A stretch of 64,000 nucleotides of DNA from a bacterium (GTDB lineage: Bacteria > SAR324 > NAC60-12): positions 32,001-96,000 of the forward strand of contig CBDDTI010000729.1 of assembly GCA_965233585.1 (NCBI GenBank), given 5' to 3'. Below are positions 47,781 through 59,071 of the stretch, piece by piece; the first letter of the stretch is position 1; the number at the start of each line of letters is the position of its first letter. The notes beneath the pieces were generated by a model. It was given only the letters and a program-made list of their open reading frames with translations, had not been told where the DNA came from and ran no database searches. A program made the translations under genes and the position numbers.

Positions 47781-48605
47781 TTATCTTGTATAGTTTTGGT
47801 TTAAGAGAAACTTTAAATCTTGAGTGCCAAGGGGAATGGTCTTTGGGGAGCGTCCAATGATTTCGCCTTTGGCAGATTGAAAAGGTTGGTTGTTTTTATC
47901 GGTTACAATTCTCAAAGAATACTCACCTTGAAGAATTTGGTTAGGCATGGCGTGTTCTTGACCAATTTGGAACTTTTGAGGGAATCCTGTGTAAGCGATT
48001 TTTCTAAAAGCAACAGGTCTGCCTTGCTTGGGGTCAAAAAGAAAAATCACAAGTTGGTCTCCCTGTTCAGTGAGGTTTTTCAATTCAGGCGTCACATCAA
48101 CAACGCCTTGAATGCTGGTGGTTGGGTCAACAGGGGGTGCATTAGCTTGTAAGACTTCTTGCGGAAGTTGCCTAAAATCTTTGGACAAGACGTAGTTGAC
48201 GCCCTCTGTGCCTAGTGCGATGGGCTGGCTTAACTCCCCAATGAGTTCACCGATTGCAGGGTTTTCAGGTATGCCATCTTTGTCGGTTAAAACTAGCAAA
48301 CGATAGCTGCCAGCCAACGTGCCTCTCAACGCATCTTCTTGACCCACTTGAAAGGCAATCGGGGGGACAAAGGTTGTGATTTTTCTCACTGCGGCAAGTT
48401 TCAAAGTGTTTGCCTCATACAAAATTGCATAGCCATTGTCGGTCTTGACCAATGCCTGCCCTACCATCGGTGCAAGGGACACTCTGCCGCTGATGGCAGT
48501 TTCTAACTTCGCCTCCTCTCGCCTCAATTCATTCCAAAAAGCTGTGCCTAGTAGCGCAGAAAACAAGACGATTGATGCCAATAAAATCCAACGATTCGCT
48601 TTCAT
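47781..48605 (-). CDS. Membrane-anchored protein with two CcmI/CycH C-terminal-like Ig domains
   Basis: N-terminal TM, then two similar repeats (ISGRVSLAP..P..FQVGQE..G.Y.L..TDK..GE.IG..I.LGT). Confidence 0.65.
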   Translation of the reverse strand: MKANRWILLASIVLFSALLGTAFWNELRREEAKLETAISGRVSLAPMVGQALVKTDNGYAILYEANTLKLAAVRKITTFVPPIAFQVGQEDALRGTLAGSYRLLVLTDKDGIPENPAIGELIGELSQPIALGTEGVNYVLSKDFRQLPQEVLQANAPPVDPTTSIQGVVDVTPELKNLTEQGDQLVIFLFDPKQGRPVAFRKIAYTGFPQKFQIGQEHAMPNQILQGEYSLRIVTDKNNQPFQSAKGEIIGRSPKTIPLGTQDLKFLLNQNYTR

Positions 48606-48670
48606 AGTTTGATGGTATGGCTCAAAGTGGGGATTGATTTGCTTGCATTGTGGCAAGGTAGGTGAGAAGG

Positions 48671-50185
48671 CTAAATAAGGCTTTCCATTTGTGGAGAAGA
48701 CAGTAACTCGGTGTATCCTCTGAGGAAAATGTCAATTTGCCTTGCCGCTTCTCGTCCCTCCCAGATTGCCCAAACGACAAGAGAAGCTCCCCGTCTGGCA
48801 TCGCCTGCAACAAAGACACCTTCTTCGCTTGTCATAAAATGATGGTCTTTGAGAGAGAACATGACGTCTCGTTGCTCCAGCATCTGTGCAATGGCTCTGG
48901 GGTCTTGGACTTCATTTGAGCCACGCATGGTCAGTTGCAACCCAAGTTCTGCAACAGGACCTTGCACTTGGGGTCCCAAAAACCCTGTGGCAAGTAAGAT
49001 CATGTCAGTTTCTATGAGGAACTCAGAATCGGGGACTTTTTGCATGGTCATTCGTCCATTTTCTTGCTTCCACTGGACTTTTGAGGCTTTGAGTTGCTTG
49101 ACATTGCCGTTGCCATCACTGATGACTTCTTCAGTCATGGTATTGGCTCGGCAGTCTGTTTCTATTTCTTGATGCGCTGGTGTTGGTCGTGGTGCCATGT
49201 TGACAATCTCAAATTGCCTGACCAACTTTCTGCCCCCTTGCCTTGTGATAGTGCCAAGACAATCTGCCGCCGTGAAACCTCCTCCCAAGATGAGACAACG
49301 TTTGTTGGTTGCTTGAATCCTTGTTTGTTCAGGAATGACATCACCCGCGTTGATTTGATTTTGTTGTGGTAGAAAATCCATTGCATAATGGACTCCATTG
49401 AGTTCTGCACCTTGCACACGTAGCTTGCGTGCATGCCCTGCACCAATGGCAAGCAAGATAGCATCGTGGTCTTTTTTGAGTTCTGCCATGCTGATTTGTT
49501 TGCCTACTTCCACGTTGGTGTGAAAGATGACGCCCTCTTCTTCCATCTGTGCTTGACGCCTTTCTAGCACTATTTTGTCTAGCTTAAAATCTGGAATGCC
49601 ATACCTTGTGAGTCCTCCAATGCGGCTACTTTTTTCAAAAACATGCACCTCATGCCCGACCCGCCTCAGCTGTTGAGCTGCTGCCATGCCTGCAGGTCCT
49701 GACCCTACTACTGCAACATATTTGCCTGTCAAATGCTTGGGTTTTTCTGGCACAATCCAGCCATTATCCCAAGCACGTTCTGTGATGTGTTTTTCAATTT
49801 GCTCAATCGTCACGGAGTGTTTGCGTGTGAGTCGTTCTGCAGGGTCAGTGGTGTAATAAGCATTGAGAACACAAGCGTCTTCACAAGGTGCGGGACAAAT
49901 TCTGCCTGTCATGTCAGGGAAGTTATTAGTTTTGTGAAGTTGGTATGATGCTTCCTTCCAGTTTCCACGATAGACAAGGTCATTCCAATTTGGAATCAAA
50001 TTGCCAAGGGGACAACCTGTATGACAAAAAGGAATGCCACAGTCCATGCACCTTGCTGCTTGTTCGCGAATTTTACCCTCATTATGAAAGGTTTCATATT
50101 CTCGGTAGTCCTGAATCCGTTCCCTCACATCTCTATATGCTGGGGATTCTTTTTCAAAATCTAAAAAACCTGTGTCTTTACCCAT
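48671..50185 (-). CDS. gltD: Glutamate synthase small subunit
   Basis: RCMDCGIPFCH.GCP, TGRICPAPCE, VGSGPAG, YGIPDFKL, AGDARRGASLVVWAI.EGR. Confidence 0.97.
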   Translation of the reverse strand: MGKDTGFLDFEKESPAYRDVRERIQDYREYETFHNEGKIREQAARCMDCGIPFCHTGCPLGNLIPNWNDLVYRGNWKEASYQLHKTNNFPDMTGRICPAPCEDACVLNAYYTTDPAERLTRKHSVTIEQIEKHITERAWDNGWIVPEKPKHLTGKYVAVVGSGPAGMAAAQQLRRVGHEVHVFEKSSRIGGLTRYGIPDFKLDKIVLERRQAQMEEEGVIFHTNVEVGKQISMAELKKDHDAILLAIGAGHARKLRVQGAELNGVHYAMDFLPQQNQINAGDVIPEQTRIQATNKRCLILGGGFTAADCLGTITRQGGRKLVRQFEIVNMAPRPTPAHQEIETDCRANTMTEEVISDGNGNVKQLKASKVQWKQENGRMTMQKVPDSEFLIETDMILLATGFLGPQVQGPVAELGLQLTMRGSNEVQDPRAIAQMLEQRDVMFSLKDHHFMTSEEGVFVAGDARRGASLVVWAIWEGREAARQIDIFLRGYTELLSSPQMESLI

Positions 50186-50260
50186 TTTTGATTTTTAATC
50201 TTTGAAGTCTGAATTGATGAATTGATAAGAGGTGCTGAATTTTTTTGTAAAAATGTTGAT

Positions 50261-53200
50261 TCAAGCGACCTTTTGTTTTTTGAGTATGGCACGATATTCA
50301 ACAGGCATGACTCTGACAAACAATGATGAAAGCCTTTGCCAATGTTTGAGAAGATGCTGACCACGCTTGCTTTGTGTTTCTTGAACGTAGTCTTCAATCA
50401 ACTCTTTAAGCCAGATGAGTTCTGCCTGTTCATCAATCGTTTCTAACTCTACCATGCTATGATTGCAGAGTGTTGCAAGCTGTTTTTCTTCATCAAACAC
50501 ATAAGCAATACCTCCGCTCATGCCTGCGGCAAAGTTCTTACCTGTTTTGCCAAGCACGACTACACGACCCCCTGTCATGTATTCGCAGCCATGGTCCCCA
50601 ACGCCTTCTACCACGGCGTAAGCACCGCTGTTTCTCACTGCAAAACGTTCTCCTGCAATGCCACAGAAAAAGGCAGTGCCACTGGTTGCCCCGTAAAGCG
50701 TTGTGTTGCCAATGATGATGTTCTCATCTGCTTGAAAGGTTGCTTTGGGTGAAGGGTACACAATCACACGCCCCCCGCTTAAACCTTTACCTGTGTAATC
50801 ATTGGCATCGCCTTCTAGCTCAAGGGTGATACCTTTGGCAAGGAATGCCCCAAAACTTTGCCCCGCAGAACCTGTGAAGTGAAAACGTATGAGGTGATGA
50901 GGCAGTCCTTTGTCTTCATACTTCAGAGCCACTTGACCACTCAACATCGTCCCAACAGAGCGATTGGTGTTGCAAATTTTCAAGGATTCTCTGACAGGTT
51001 TTTGATGTTCTAAGGCAGGTTTTGCCAGTTCAATCAGCTGGTGGTCTAGCTGTTTGTCCAATCCGTGATTTTGGGACATGTTGCAATATGGGAAGTCGTT
51101 TTCTCCAACCTTGATTGGTGTCAGTAATTGAGAAAGGTCTATTTTCTTGGCTTTCCAGTGAGTGATGTTGTCCCGCTGTTTCAGTAAATCGGTGCGTCCA
51201 ACAAGTTGGTCAAAACGCTTGATTCCTAATTTTGCCATAATCTCACGGACTTCTTCTGCAATAAAAAAGAAGTAATTGACCACATATTCAGGTTTTCCTG
51301 TGAATTTTTTACGCAATTCAGCATCTTGCGTTGCCACACCCACAGGGCAAGTATTGAGATGACACTTACGCATCATAATACAACCCAATGTAATCAATGG
51401 AGCAGTGGCAAAGCCGATTTCTTCAGCACCTAGCAAAGCCGCAATGACAACCTCCCTTCCTGTCTTGACCTGACCATCTACTTGCAAACGGACACGCCCC
51501 CGCAGTTCGTTGAGCAACAAGGTTTGATGAGCCTCTGCGATGCCAAGCTCCCAAGGTAGTCCTGCATGTTTGATAGAAGTTAGGGGAGACGCCCCTGTCC
51601 CCCCGTCATGTCCTGCAATGACAATCATATCTGCATGCGCTTTTGCCACGCCTGATGCAATCGTCCCGACTCCTGCCTCTGACACCAGTTTGACAGCAAT
51701 CCTTGCCTTCGGATTGGCATTTTTGAGGTCAAAAATCAGTTGAGCCAAATCTTCAATAGAATAGATGTCATGGTGCGGGGGAGGAGAGATGAGAGTGACG
51801 CCCGGTGTAGAATGCCTGATTTTGCCAATGTATTCGCTCACTTTGTGTCCCGGTAATTGACCGCCTTCTCCGGGTTTTGCACCTTGTGCAATTTTAATCT
51901 GAAGCTCAACACAGTTGACAAGATAGTGAATGGTCACACCAAAACGTCCTGATGCAACTTGTTTGATGTTACTATTTGCCCAGTCTCCATTTGCAAAAGG
52001 TTTGAAGCGGATTTGGTCTTCGCCTCCTTCACCGCTGTTACTTTTTGCCCCAATGCGATTCATAGCGATTGCAAGAGCCTCGTGTGTTTCTTGGCTGATT
52101 GACCCCAAAGACATTGCACCTGTTGCAAACCGCCTGACAATCTCCTTAGCTGGTTCTACCTCCTCTATTTCAATCGCATTTTGAGTATCTACAAAATCCA
52201 ACGCTCCTCGCAATGTTGCAAACCGCGTGTTGTTGGCATTGACCATGCGTGAAAATTCACGGTAGGACTCCAAGCTGTTTTCACGACTTGCTTTTTGAAG
52301 AGAGATGACGCTGGCAGGTGTGTACTGATGAATCTCTCCGTGCCTCCTCCAAAAATAATCCCCTCCTACCAGCAAGGTTTGGTCGTTTTGAGTTTCTACA
52401 AATGCGTTTTGCACCCGCATTCTTGCTTCACGTTCTACGTCTTCCAAATCAAGTCCTTGAATCCTTGTGGGCGTGCCTGTGAAGTAACGGTCTACAAAAT
52501 TTTGATTCAGTCCGACTGCCTCAAAAATCTGGGCGCCACGATAGCTTTGAATGGTAGAAATCCCCATTTTTGCAAACACTTTGAACATTCCCTTTTTGAT
52601 GCTTTTCAAGTAGTTTGCTTGCAAAGTCTCTTGGCTTAATTCACGGGAGACAAAGCGTTCTTCTTGCATTTGTTCAAAGGTTTCAAAGGCAAGATAAGGG
52701 TTGATTGCACCTGCCCCGTATCCGATAAGTAAACAAAAGTGTGCAATTTCTCTGGCTTCTCCTGTTTCTATAATCAATCCTGTGTGTCCCCGTCTTCCTG
52801 CACGGATTAAGGAGTGATGCACTGCTGAAGTGGCAAGCAGAACAGGAATGGGGATTTGTGTTGAGCAGACCCCGCGGTCGCTTAAAATGATGAGGTTTGA
52901 CCCAGACTTTGTTGCCTCAATGGCATCTTGACAAATCTGGTCTAACACTGCCCGCATACTCTGGTCTTGGGGACACAAGATTGAGAAAGTGGCAGGGTTA
53001 AAGTCTTTGAGACTTTGGATTTTTTGGAACTGTTCGTTTGTGATGATAGGGTGTTCTAGCCTAATCATCTGAGCATGTTCAGGACCAATCTTTAAAATGT
53101 TGTGTTCCCTGCCAATGCGGCTGACCAAAGACATGACTAGCTCCTCTCGGACAGAATCTACTGCAGGATTGCTCACTTGTGCAAAAAGCTGTTTGAAGTA

Positions 53201-54721
53201 CTGGCTTAAAATATGGGGTTTGTCAGACAGCACAGCCAATGGTGCATCATTGCCCATAGACCCTGTTGCTTCAGCACCTTCTACAATCATCGGCTTCAAA
53301 ATCATGTGTAAATCTTCTACTGAATATCCAAAAGCACGCTGACGTTCAATGATTGTTGAGTCTTCCTTTGGTAGTGTCTTTAGATTGGGTTGGGGCAGGT
53401 CTTCTAAACGTATGGTGTGTTTTTGAATCCATTGGGCGTAAGGGAATTGTTTGCAAATCTCTGTTTTGAGTTCAGGACCTGAGATGATACGTTTTTGTTC
53501 AGTATCCACAAAAAACATTCTGCCGGGTTCAAGTCTCCCTTTCAAGCTGATGTCTTCTTCTGCAATGTCAATCGCTCCTGCCTCTGACGCCATGACAATG
53601 ACATCATTTTTGGTGACTACATAACGTGCAGGTCGTAGTCCGTTGCGGTCTAGCGTTGCCCCAATTCTAATGCCGTCAGTGATGGCGATTGCTGCGGGCC
53701 CGTCCCAGGGTTCAATAAAGTTTTCAAAAAACTCATAAAATGCCTTTCGTTCTGGGTTGTCATAATGTGAGTGGTCCCATGCTTCTGGCACCATCATCAT
53801 AATCGCTTGTGCGATGGAATAGCCTGATAAAATCAAAAATTCTAAAACATTATCAAAGCATGATGAATCACTTCCTGCATCGGAGATGATGGGGAAAATA
53901 TCTTCAATCTTGTCGTAAAGGTTTGACTGAATCAATGCCTCTCTGGCTCTTGTCCAGTTGACATTCCCCCGCAGTGTGTTGATTTCTCCATTATGAGCGA
54001 GATAGCGAAAAGGCTGTGCAATCTCCCAACGAGGCAAAGTATTTGTGGGGAAACGTGTATGAGCCATCGCCAAAGCACTTTGATATGAAGGGTCTGCAAG
54101 GTCAAGATAGAATTGGTGCATTTGGTCTGGGGTCAGCATGCCTTTGTAAGTGATTTTGCGGCACGAGATTCCAGTGATGGCACAATTTTCTACACCAAGC
54201 GTTTTTTCAATCTGCCTTCGCAAGACATAAAGTTGACGCTCAAAGTCTTCTTCTTGAGTGCTTGCCTCCTTTCCAATAAAAAAGTGCACAATCTCTGGTC
54301 TGGCAGAATCTGCTTGCTTACCAACGTAAGTTGGGTCAACTGGCACGTCCCGCCAGCCTAAAAACTTGAGGTTGTATTGTTTTGTTAGAGAGCAAACGGT
54401 GTCTTGGCAAACCTCTTTATTTTGATAGACAAACGCCGTGCCGATGCCATAGTGTCTAGCATCAGGTAGGTTGATTGAAAGGAGTTGGCACTGTGCTTTA
54501 AAAAAATGGTGGTCAATCTGCAGTAAAATTCCTGCACCATCGCCTGTTTCTGGGTCTGCTCCGTACGCCCCACGATGTTCCAGACGGCACAACATTTTTA
54601 AACCTTGCTCAACAATTTTGCGGGAAGGACGCCCCTGAATATCTACAATGAAACCAACACCACAGTTGTCATGCTCAAACTGTGGGTCATATAAACCTTG
54701 CTTAGAATGCCCGAACTTCAT
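50261..54721 (-). CDS. gltB: Glutamate synthase large subunit
   Basis: [69 protein letters not shown]. Confidence 0.98.
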   Translation of the reverse strand: MKFGHSKQGLYDPQFEHDNCGVGFIVDIQGRPSRKIVEQGLKMLCRLEHRGAYGADPETGDGAGILLQIDHHFFKAQCQLLSINLPDARHYGIGTAFVYQNKEVCQDTVCSLTKQYNLKFLGWRDVPVDPTYVGKQADSARPEIVHFFIGKEASTQEEDFERQLYVLRRQIEKTLGVENCAITGISCRKITYKGMLTPDQMHQFYLDLADPSYQSALAMAHTRFPTNTLPRWEIAQPFRYLAHNGEINTLRGNVNWTRAREALIQSNLYDKIEDIFPIISDAGSDSSCFDNVLEFLILSGYSIAQAIMMMVPEAWDHSHYDNPERKAFYEFFENFIEPWDGPAAIAITDGIRIGATLDRNGLRPARYVVTKNDVIVMASEAGAIDIAEEDISLKGRLEPGRMFFVDTEQKRIISGPELKTEICKQFPYAQWIQKHTIRLEDLPQPNLKTLPKEDSTIIERQRAFGYSVEDLHMILKPMIVEGAEATGSMGNDAPLAVLSDKPHILSQYFKQLFAQVSNPAVDSVREELVMSLVSRIGREHNILKIGPEHAQMIRLEHPIITNEQFQKIQSLKDFNPATFSILCPQDQSMRAVLDQICQDAIEATKSGSNLIILSDRGVCSTQIPIPVLLATSAVHHSLIRAGRRGHTGLIIETGEAREIAHFCLLIGYGAGAINPYLAFETFEQMQEERFVSRELSQETLQANYLKSIKKGMFKVFAKMGISTIQSYRGAQIFEAVGLNQNFVDRYFTGTPTRIQGLDLEDVEREARMRVQNAFVETQNDQTLLVGGDYFWRRHGEIHQYTPASVISLQKASRENSLESYREFSRMVNANNTRFATLRGALDFVDTQNAIEIEEVEPAKEIVRRFATGAMSLGSISQETHEALAIAMNRIGAKSNSGEGGEDQIRFKPFANGDWANSNIKQVASGRFGVTIHYLVNCVELQIKIAQGAKPGEGGQLPGHKVSEYIGKIRHSTPGVTLISPPPHHDIYSIEDLAQLIFDLKNANPKARIAVKLVSEAGVGTIASGVAKAHADMIVIAGHDGGTGASPLTSIKHAGLPWELGIAEAHQTLLLNELRGRVRLQVDGQVKTGREVVIAALLGAEEIGFATAPLITLGCIMMRKCHLNTCPVGVATQDAELRKKFTGKPEYVVNYFFFIAEEVREIMAKLGIKRFDQLVGRTDLLKQRDNITHWKAKKIDLSQLLTPIKVGENDFPYCNMSQNHGLDKQLDHQLIELAKPALEHQKPVRESLKICNTNRSVGTMLSGQVALKYEDKGLPHHLIRFHFTGSAGQSFGAFLAKGITLELEGDANDYTGKGLSGGRVIVYPSPKATFQADENIIIGNTTLYGATSGTAFFCGIAGERFAVRNSGAYAVVEGVGDHGCEYMTGGRVVVLGKTGKNFAAGMSGGIAYVFDEEKQLATLCNHSMVELETIDEQAELIWLKELIEDYVQETQSKRGQHLLKHWQRLSSLFVRVMPVEYRAILKKQKVA

Positions 54722-54898
54722 AAATCATCAATCATTTGGAGTGCTTTGAAAAGCAACATTAGAGAAAAAAGACTTCAACTGTTTTTGGATAAACCTTGAA
54801 AGTGTAGCCTGTTCATCAGAAAAAATCAAACTTTAGGGGAAGCGGGTCATTTGAAAGGTTCAGGTGAAATGATGAAACTTTGTCAAAACTTCATCATT

Positions 54899-56791
54899 TC
54901 AAAAGAACATGCCGTAGCCTAATTTGAAGAGATGGTCGCGTTGTGTGTCTTGGTAAGTGAGGCGGAACTCATGGTCTAATTGGTAGGCATAGCTGAGTTG
55001 CAAAGTGCCTTCCAGAGGCAAGGTAGGAATGTCTGCAAATTGATATTTTCGTTGAGCCAAAAGCATCTGCCAAGTCCACTGCTTGTGACTGCCAAGCCAT
55101 TGGAGTTCTGCTTTTGTTGCTAATGTTGTGTGTTCTTTTTGAAAATCTTCAGAATGTTGCAAGACGGCTGCCAACAGAGGTGAAAGCAAAGAGTTTTTTG
55201 CTAGGGCAATGGTATATCCTAAACCCCCTTGAAAATAAGCATATCCGCATTTTTCGCACTGAACATTGGGTCTAAAATTCCGCTCCCAGCCTGTTTGAAC
55301 CTTCCAAGAAAATCCTGACACAAAGTCATCACGGGGAATGAATGACATCAATTCAAGAAAAAGGAAGCGGTCTAGCAAAATTTGTGTGTCGTCAATTCTA
55401 ATGTCTGTCTCTAAGGCTTTGATGGAGGCGCCAAAATCATAGCCTTGAGGGAAGTCTGCAAGCCCATGATAAGAAGCCCGATATTGCAGATTTAAAAAGT
55501 TTTTTTGACTGAAAAGGTCTCTTCCTAAACTTGTTGTGAATTTAGATGTTTCATGTCCTTGTTCATAAGAAAAATCAGGTTGTTGGACGGAATTTTGTGA
55601 TTGATAAGGGATTTGAGAGCGTTTTCTGAGCAGTTGACGCCAGCGGTTTTTTTGTTGCTTCTTGTCCTCTCTCAATAAAATCTTGTCAGACAAGGTTTCT
55701 AAGATAGTGGCTTGCACACGGGGGTCTTGCTGATTCCATTCTGAGCTATCTACCAATGTTTCATCATCATAGACTCTTCTTGCAAATTCTTTTTCAGCAG
55801 AAGAGAGGGATTGAAACTTTGCTTGTGCTTGATGCAGTCGTGAGGGTCGGTAGTTTTTTTGTTTGAGAATGCCGGGAATTTTTAAAACTTCTCTGACTGT
55901 ATCCACAGGAGCCGCCCACAAGTTAAAACGTTCTCTCAACTGGTATTCTGGCTTTGCCGCTTCAAGCAACGAAAGCAGTTGATAAGAGCAGTTTTCTAAG
56001 AAAAAGAAATAACGGAATCTGACAAATCGCAACTCCCAAAAATGTTTCATCAGCCTCTCAATTTCTTCTGGTGTCAAATTAAGCTCATATTCCCAAATGT
56101 CCCGTCCTTCTATATCGTTATATTCTTGGATTTTGATGTAGTAAGGAGTGTTTTGCATGACTCCTGTGTAGCCTCCAAAAATTCCCCAAAGTGCGTATTT
56201 GATGGGATTTTCTGCCTCTGGATTGACAACTGCACCATAAGTGACGTTGTAATTCAAGGGGGCAAAGTCTTCCCTTCCTTTGGTGTTTAAAACAAGTGAA
56301 GTATGTCCAAAGATGGTGGCAGGTGCGGTGAGGCGTGAGCCGGGAAAAATGAGATTGATAGATTCAGGATTGAGTCGTTTAATCCAACCTTCGTAACGTG
56401 GGCAAGGGATTTCTGGCAGTAAATTAGGATTGAATTGTAATTGTGTTTTGAGCCAGCTGTAACGTGCAACGAACTGGCATTGTTTATGGAGTGTCTGGTC
56501 ATTGTCTGGAGGGGGATTAAAAAAAGCCTGTAACGTGGCTTCCAATTCGCTTTGGGGGTCAAACATGCCCTCTTTAGAATTAAAAAAATTGGGGTCTTCA
56601 ATTTCTGACCTTGCCCCAAAAACGCCGCTGCGATAATGCAATAACAACAACCAGTAACGACTTTCCGAAATTTGCTTCTGATTGGCTTGTCTAATGAGAA
56701 GTTGAAGGTATTGGTCTTGGGAGGGTGTCAGTGCCTTGACAAAAGAAGGCACTAGGAAGAGAAGAATGAAAAAGAGGGGTTTCAAAGACAA
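54899..56791 (-). CDS. DUF4105 (Lnb N-terminal-like) domain outer-membrane protein
   Basis: W..LLHY, C.F.ARY.WL, FGHT.L, E.RDIWEYELN, Y.FF.ENCSY; beta-rich C-terminus ending in F. Confidence 0.88.
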   Translation of the reverse strand: MSLKPLFFILLFLVPSFVKALTPSQDQYLQLLIRQANQKQISESRYWLLLLHYRSGVFGARSEIEDPNFFNSKEGMFDPQSELEATLQAFFNPPPDNDQTLHKQCQFVARYSWLKTQLQFNPNLLPEIPCPRYEGWIKRLNPESINLIFPGSRLTAPATIFGHTSLVLNTKGREDFAPLNYNVTYGAVVNPEAENPIKYALWGIFGGYTGVMQNTPYYIKIQEYNDIEGRDIWEYELNLTPEEIERLMKHFWELRFVRFRYFFFLENCSYQLLSLLEAAKPEYQLRERFNLWAAPVDTVREVLKIPGILKQKNYRPSRLHQAQAKFQSLSSAEKEFARRVYDDETLVDSSEWNQQDPRVQATILETLSDKILLREDKKQQKNRWRQLLRKRSQIPYQSQNSVQQPDFSYEQGHETSKFTTSLGRDLFSQKNFLNLQYRASYHGLADFPQGYDFGASIKALETDIRIDDTQILLDRFLFLELMSFIPRDDFVSGFSWKVQTGWERNFRPNVQCEKCGYAYFQGGLGYTIALAKNSLLSPLLAAVLQHSEDFQKEHTTLATKAELQWLGSHKQWTWQMLLAQRKYQFADIPTLPLEGTLQLSYAYQLDHEFRLTYQDTQRDHLFKLGYGMFF

Positions 56792-57261
56792 ACGCCTTGA
56801 AGTTTTGGATCCTTCTCAATGAGTTGTTGGGTGTTTTGCAAGACTTGTTGAGGCGTTGCTGTATCTGTAAAGATGTCGTCATATTGCTGTTGAGAAACTT
56901 GATTAAAAGTGTCTGCTTGGCAGTTTAACAACTTGCTGTAAGAGCTTAAAAACAACCCTTGTCCTTGACTCATCTCTTCTGAAATTTTGTCAAAATTAGC
57001 TTTGACAAAAACCTCTGCTTCATATTCTGCCTTCACCACATCATCGGGATTACATCCAGAAGTGCCACTTGTAATTGCAAAAGTCTGCGACCCTGACGAG
57101 TAATTTGTTACCATGACTGATAAATTGGCTCCGAATCCTTTTTGTCCTTTAAAAAGGAGATAACCCGGACCACAACCAGAAGTTGCACCTGCAAAGCTCA
57201 AAGTTGTTGAGAACCAGAAAACAGCAGTGACGATGCCAGCGATTTTAGTCAATTTCATCAT
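56782..57261 (-). CDS. DUF3015 family protein
   Basis: Signal peptide, GCGPG, FAITSGTSGC, EMSQGQG..L. Confidence 0.88.
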   Translation of the reverse strand: MMKLTKIAGIVTAVFWFSTTLSFAGATSGCGPGYLLFKGQKGFGANLSVMVTNYSSGSQTFAITSGTSGCNPDDVVKAEYEAEVFVKANFDKISEEMSQGQGLFLSSYSKLLNCQADTFNQVSQQQYDDIFTDTATPQQVLQNTQQLIEKDPKLQGVCL

Positions 57262-57322
57262 AATGAACCTTTAAAGTTGAAAATTAAAAAAGCACCCAAG
57301 TTGGGCATGATTCAAGAAGCTA

Positions 57323-57802
57323 TTACAAGCAAGCAACTTGAAGTTTTGGATTTTCTTGAATGAGTTGTTGTGTATTCTGTAAAACTTTTTGAGGCGTTGC
57401 CATGTCTGTAAAGATGTCGTCATATTGCTGTTGAGAAACTTGATTAAAAGTGTCTGCTTGGCAATTTAACAATTTGCTGTAAGAGCTTAGAAACAAACCT
57501 TGCCCTTGACTCATCTCTTCTGAAATTTTGTCAAAATTGGCTTTGACAAAGATTTCTGTTTCATATTCTGTTTGCACCACATCATCAGGATTACAGCCAG
57601 AAGTGCCACTTATGAGTGCAAACACGTCTGATGAGTATGTGCCATTTGTTGTGACGGCTGATATGTTTGGGACAAGACCTTTCTGTCCTTCAAAAATTTG
57701 AGAACCCGGACCGCAACCAGAAGTCTTGCCTGCAAAACTCAAAGTTGTTGAGAACCAAAAAACGGCAGTCACGATGCCAGCGATTTTAGTCAATTTGAAC
57801 AT
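57323..57802 (-). CDS. DUF3015 family protein (tandem paralog)
   Basis: GCGPG, TTNGT, SGTSGC; near-identical to the adjacent copy. Confidence 0.88.
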   Translation of the reverse strand: MFKLTKIAGIVTAVFWFSTTLSFAGKTSGCGPGSQIFEGQKGLVPNISAVTTNGTYSSDVFALISGTSGCNPDDVVQTEYETEIFVKANFDKISEEMSQGQGLFLSSYSKLLNCQADTFNQVSQQQYDDIFTDMATPQKVLQNTQQLIQENPKLQVACL

Positions 57803-57836
57803 AATGAACTCCAAAAAAACGTCAAAAAAAACAGAT

Positions 57837-57975
57837 ATTATAGCAATTAAAAAAAAGCAGTCAAGCCCCTAAATCAAAAAAAATTTAAAAAATGAATATT
57901 TTAGCAATTTGAAAAGCAGCCAAAACCTCAAAACTTAAAAAGCAAGCATTGTAGCAACTTCAAAAAAACAGTCAA
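57837..57975 (-). promoter_or_regulatory. Three tandem sigma70-like promoter copies upstream of the DUF3015-DUF4105 operon
   Basis: On the - strand: TTGACT-16-TACAAT (57975-57948), TTGGCT-14-TAAAAT (57923-57898), TTGACT-16-TATAAT (57864-57837); each has TGC before the -10. Confidence 0.6.
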
Positions 57976-57984
57976 GACTTTCAA

Positions 57985-58884
57985 TCAAACAACTGGTTTA
58001 TTTTTAAGGGCATGTTGAATGACAGACTGGACATGCTCTAATTCTTCACCAGCTAAATCAAGTCTTGGAGGTCTCACAGTGGTACTTGCCCCCCTTGCCA
58101 GATGTTCTGCCAGTTTGATATTTTGCACAAGCTTGGTAGAAACATCTAGGTCTAGCAAAGGTTTAAACCAACGATAAATTTCAAGAGCTTCGTCATATTT
58201 TTTTTGTTGGAGCAAGTCCCAAAGTTTGACGTTTTCTTTGGGGAAGGCACAAACTAGCCCTGCAATCCAGCCCACTGCTCCCATCACGATTGCCTCCATG
58301 CCCAGATTGTCAACACCTGTAAAAACACGGTAGCGGTCTCCTGTCAACCTGATGATGTCTGTGACACGTCTCACATCGTCAGAAGATTCTTTGATGGCAA
58401 CAAACTTTGGTTCATCAGCTAATCTGGCAAACATTTCAGGCGAGACGTCCATTCCATAGGCAACAGGATTGTTATAAATCATAATTGGTAAACTGGAAGC
58501 CTTCGCAACTGCCCGTAAATGAGCCTCTACTTCTCTGCTGTCTCCAACGTATCGCATACCGGGCAATACCATTAAGCCATCTGCTCCTAAGGTTTCAGCT
58601 TCTTTTGCCACGTGGCAAGCCTCTTGGGTTGTGCATTCTGCAACGGTGACGATTGCAGGGATTCTTTTGTTCACTGCTTGAATCATAGTTTTGGCAACGG
58701 TATGCTTTTCTTGGGCAGTCAGTGAGCCATTTTCACCCAACGACCCGCATGCCACCAGTCCATGCACACCTGATTCAATGTGATATTCCACATCATTTCT
58801 GATGGCATCATCATCCACAGAAAAATCGTTGTGAAACCTTGTTGTGATGGCAGGAAAAATCCCCTTCCAGTCTTCTTTTTGCAT
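57985..58884 (-). CDS. DapA-family protein, likely 1-pyrroline-4-hydroxy-2-carboxylate deaminase (HypD/LhpC-like)
   Basis: GIFPAITT, CGSLGE, IYNNPVAYG, AIKESS.DVRR, GVDNL, LVQNIKLAE; adjacent to a proline racemase family gene. Confidence 0.8.
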   Translation of the reverse strand: MQKEDWKGIFPAITTRFHNDFSVDDDAIRNDVEYHIESGVHGLVACGSLGENGSLTAQEKHTVAKTMIQAVNKRIPAIVTVAECTTQEACHVAKEAETLGADGLMVLPGMRYVGDSREVEAHLRAVAKASSLPIMIYNNPVAYGMDVSPEMFARLADEPKFVAIKESSDDVRRVTDIIRLTGDRYRVFTGVDNLGMEAIVMGAVGWIAGLVCAFPKENVKLWDLLQQKKYDEALEIYRWFKPLLDLDVSTKLVQNIKLAEHLARGASTTVRPPRLDLAGEELEHVQSVIQHALKNKPVV

Positions 58885-59071
58885 AGTATTCCTTTTGTTT
58901 TGATGTTGTCTTAAAACAAGTTTGAGTGCAGTCTAGCCTTCCATGTTCTTATGGAAAAACAAAGACTCTGTGTTCATTGTATTGAGGTTTAATTTTCTCC
59001 ATTCAAGCAACGTTTTAGTTGTCCTCAGCTTGAACAGCCCCCTCATTATATTGAAGATGAGAGAGACGTGT

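Noticed and set aside
54865..54901. 12-bp inverted repeat at the DUF4105 stop (also an imperfect hairpin at 13699-13738)
   Set aside because: AT-rich stems with large loops and no clear U-tract; too weak to call terminators.
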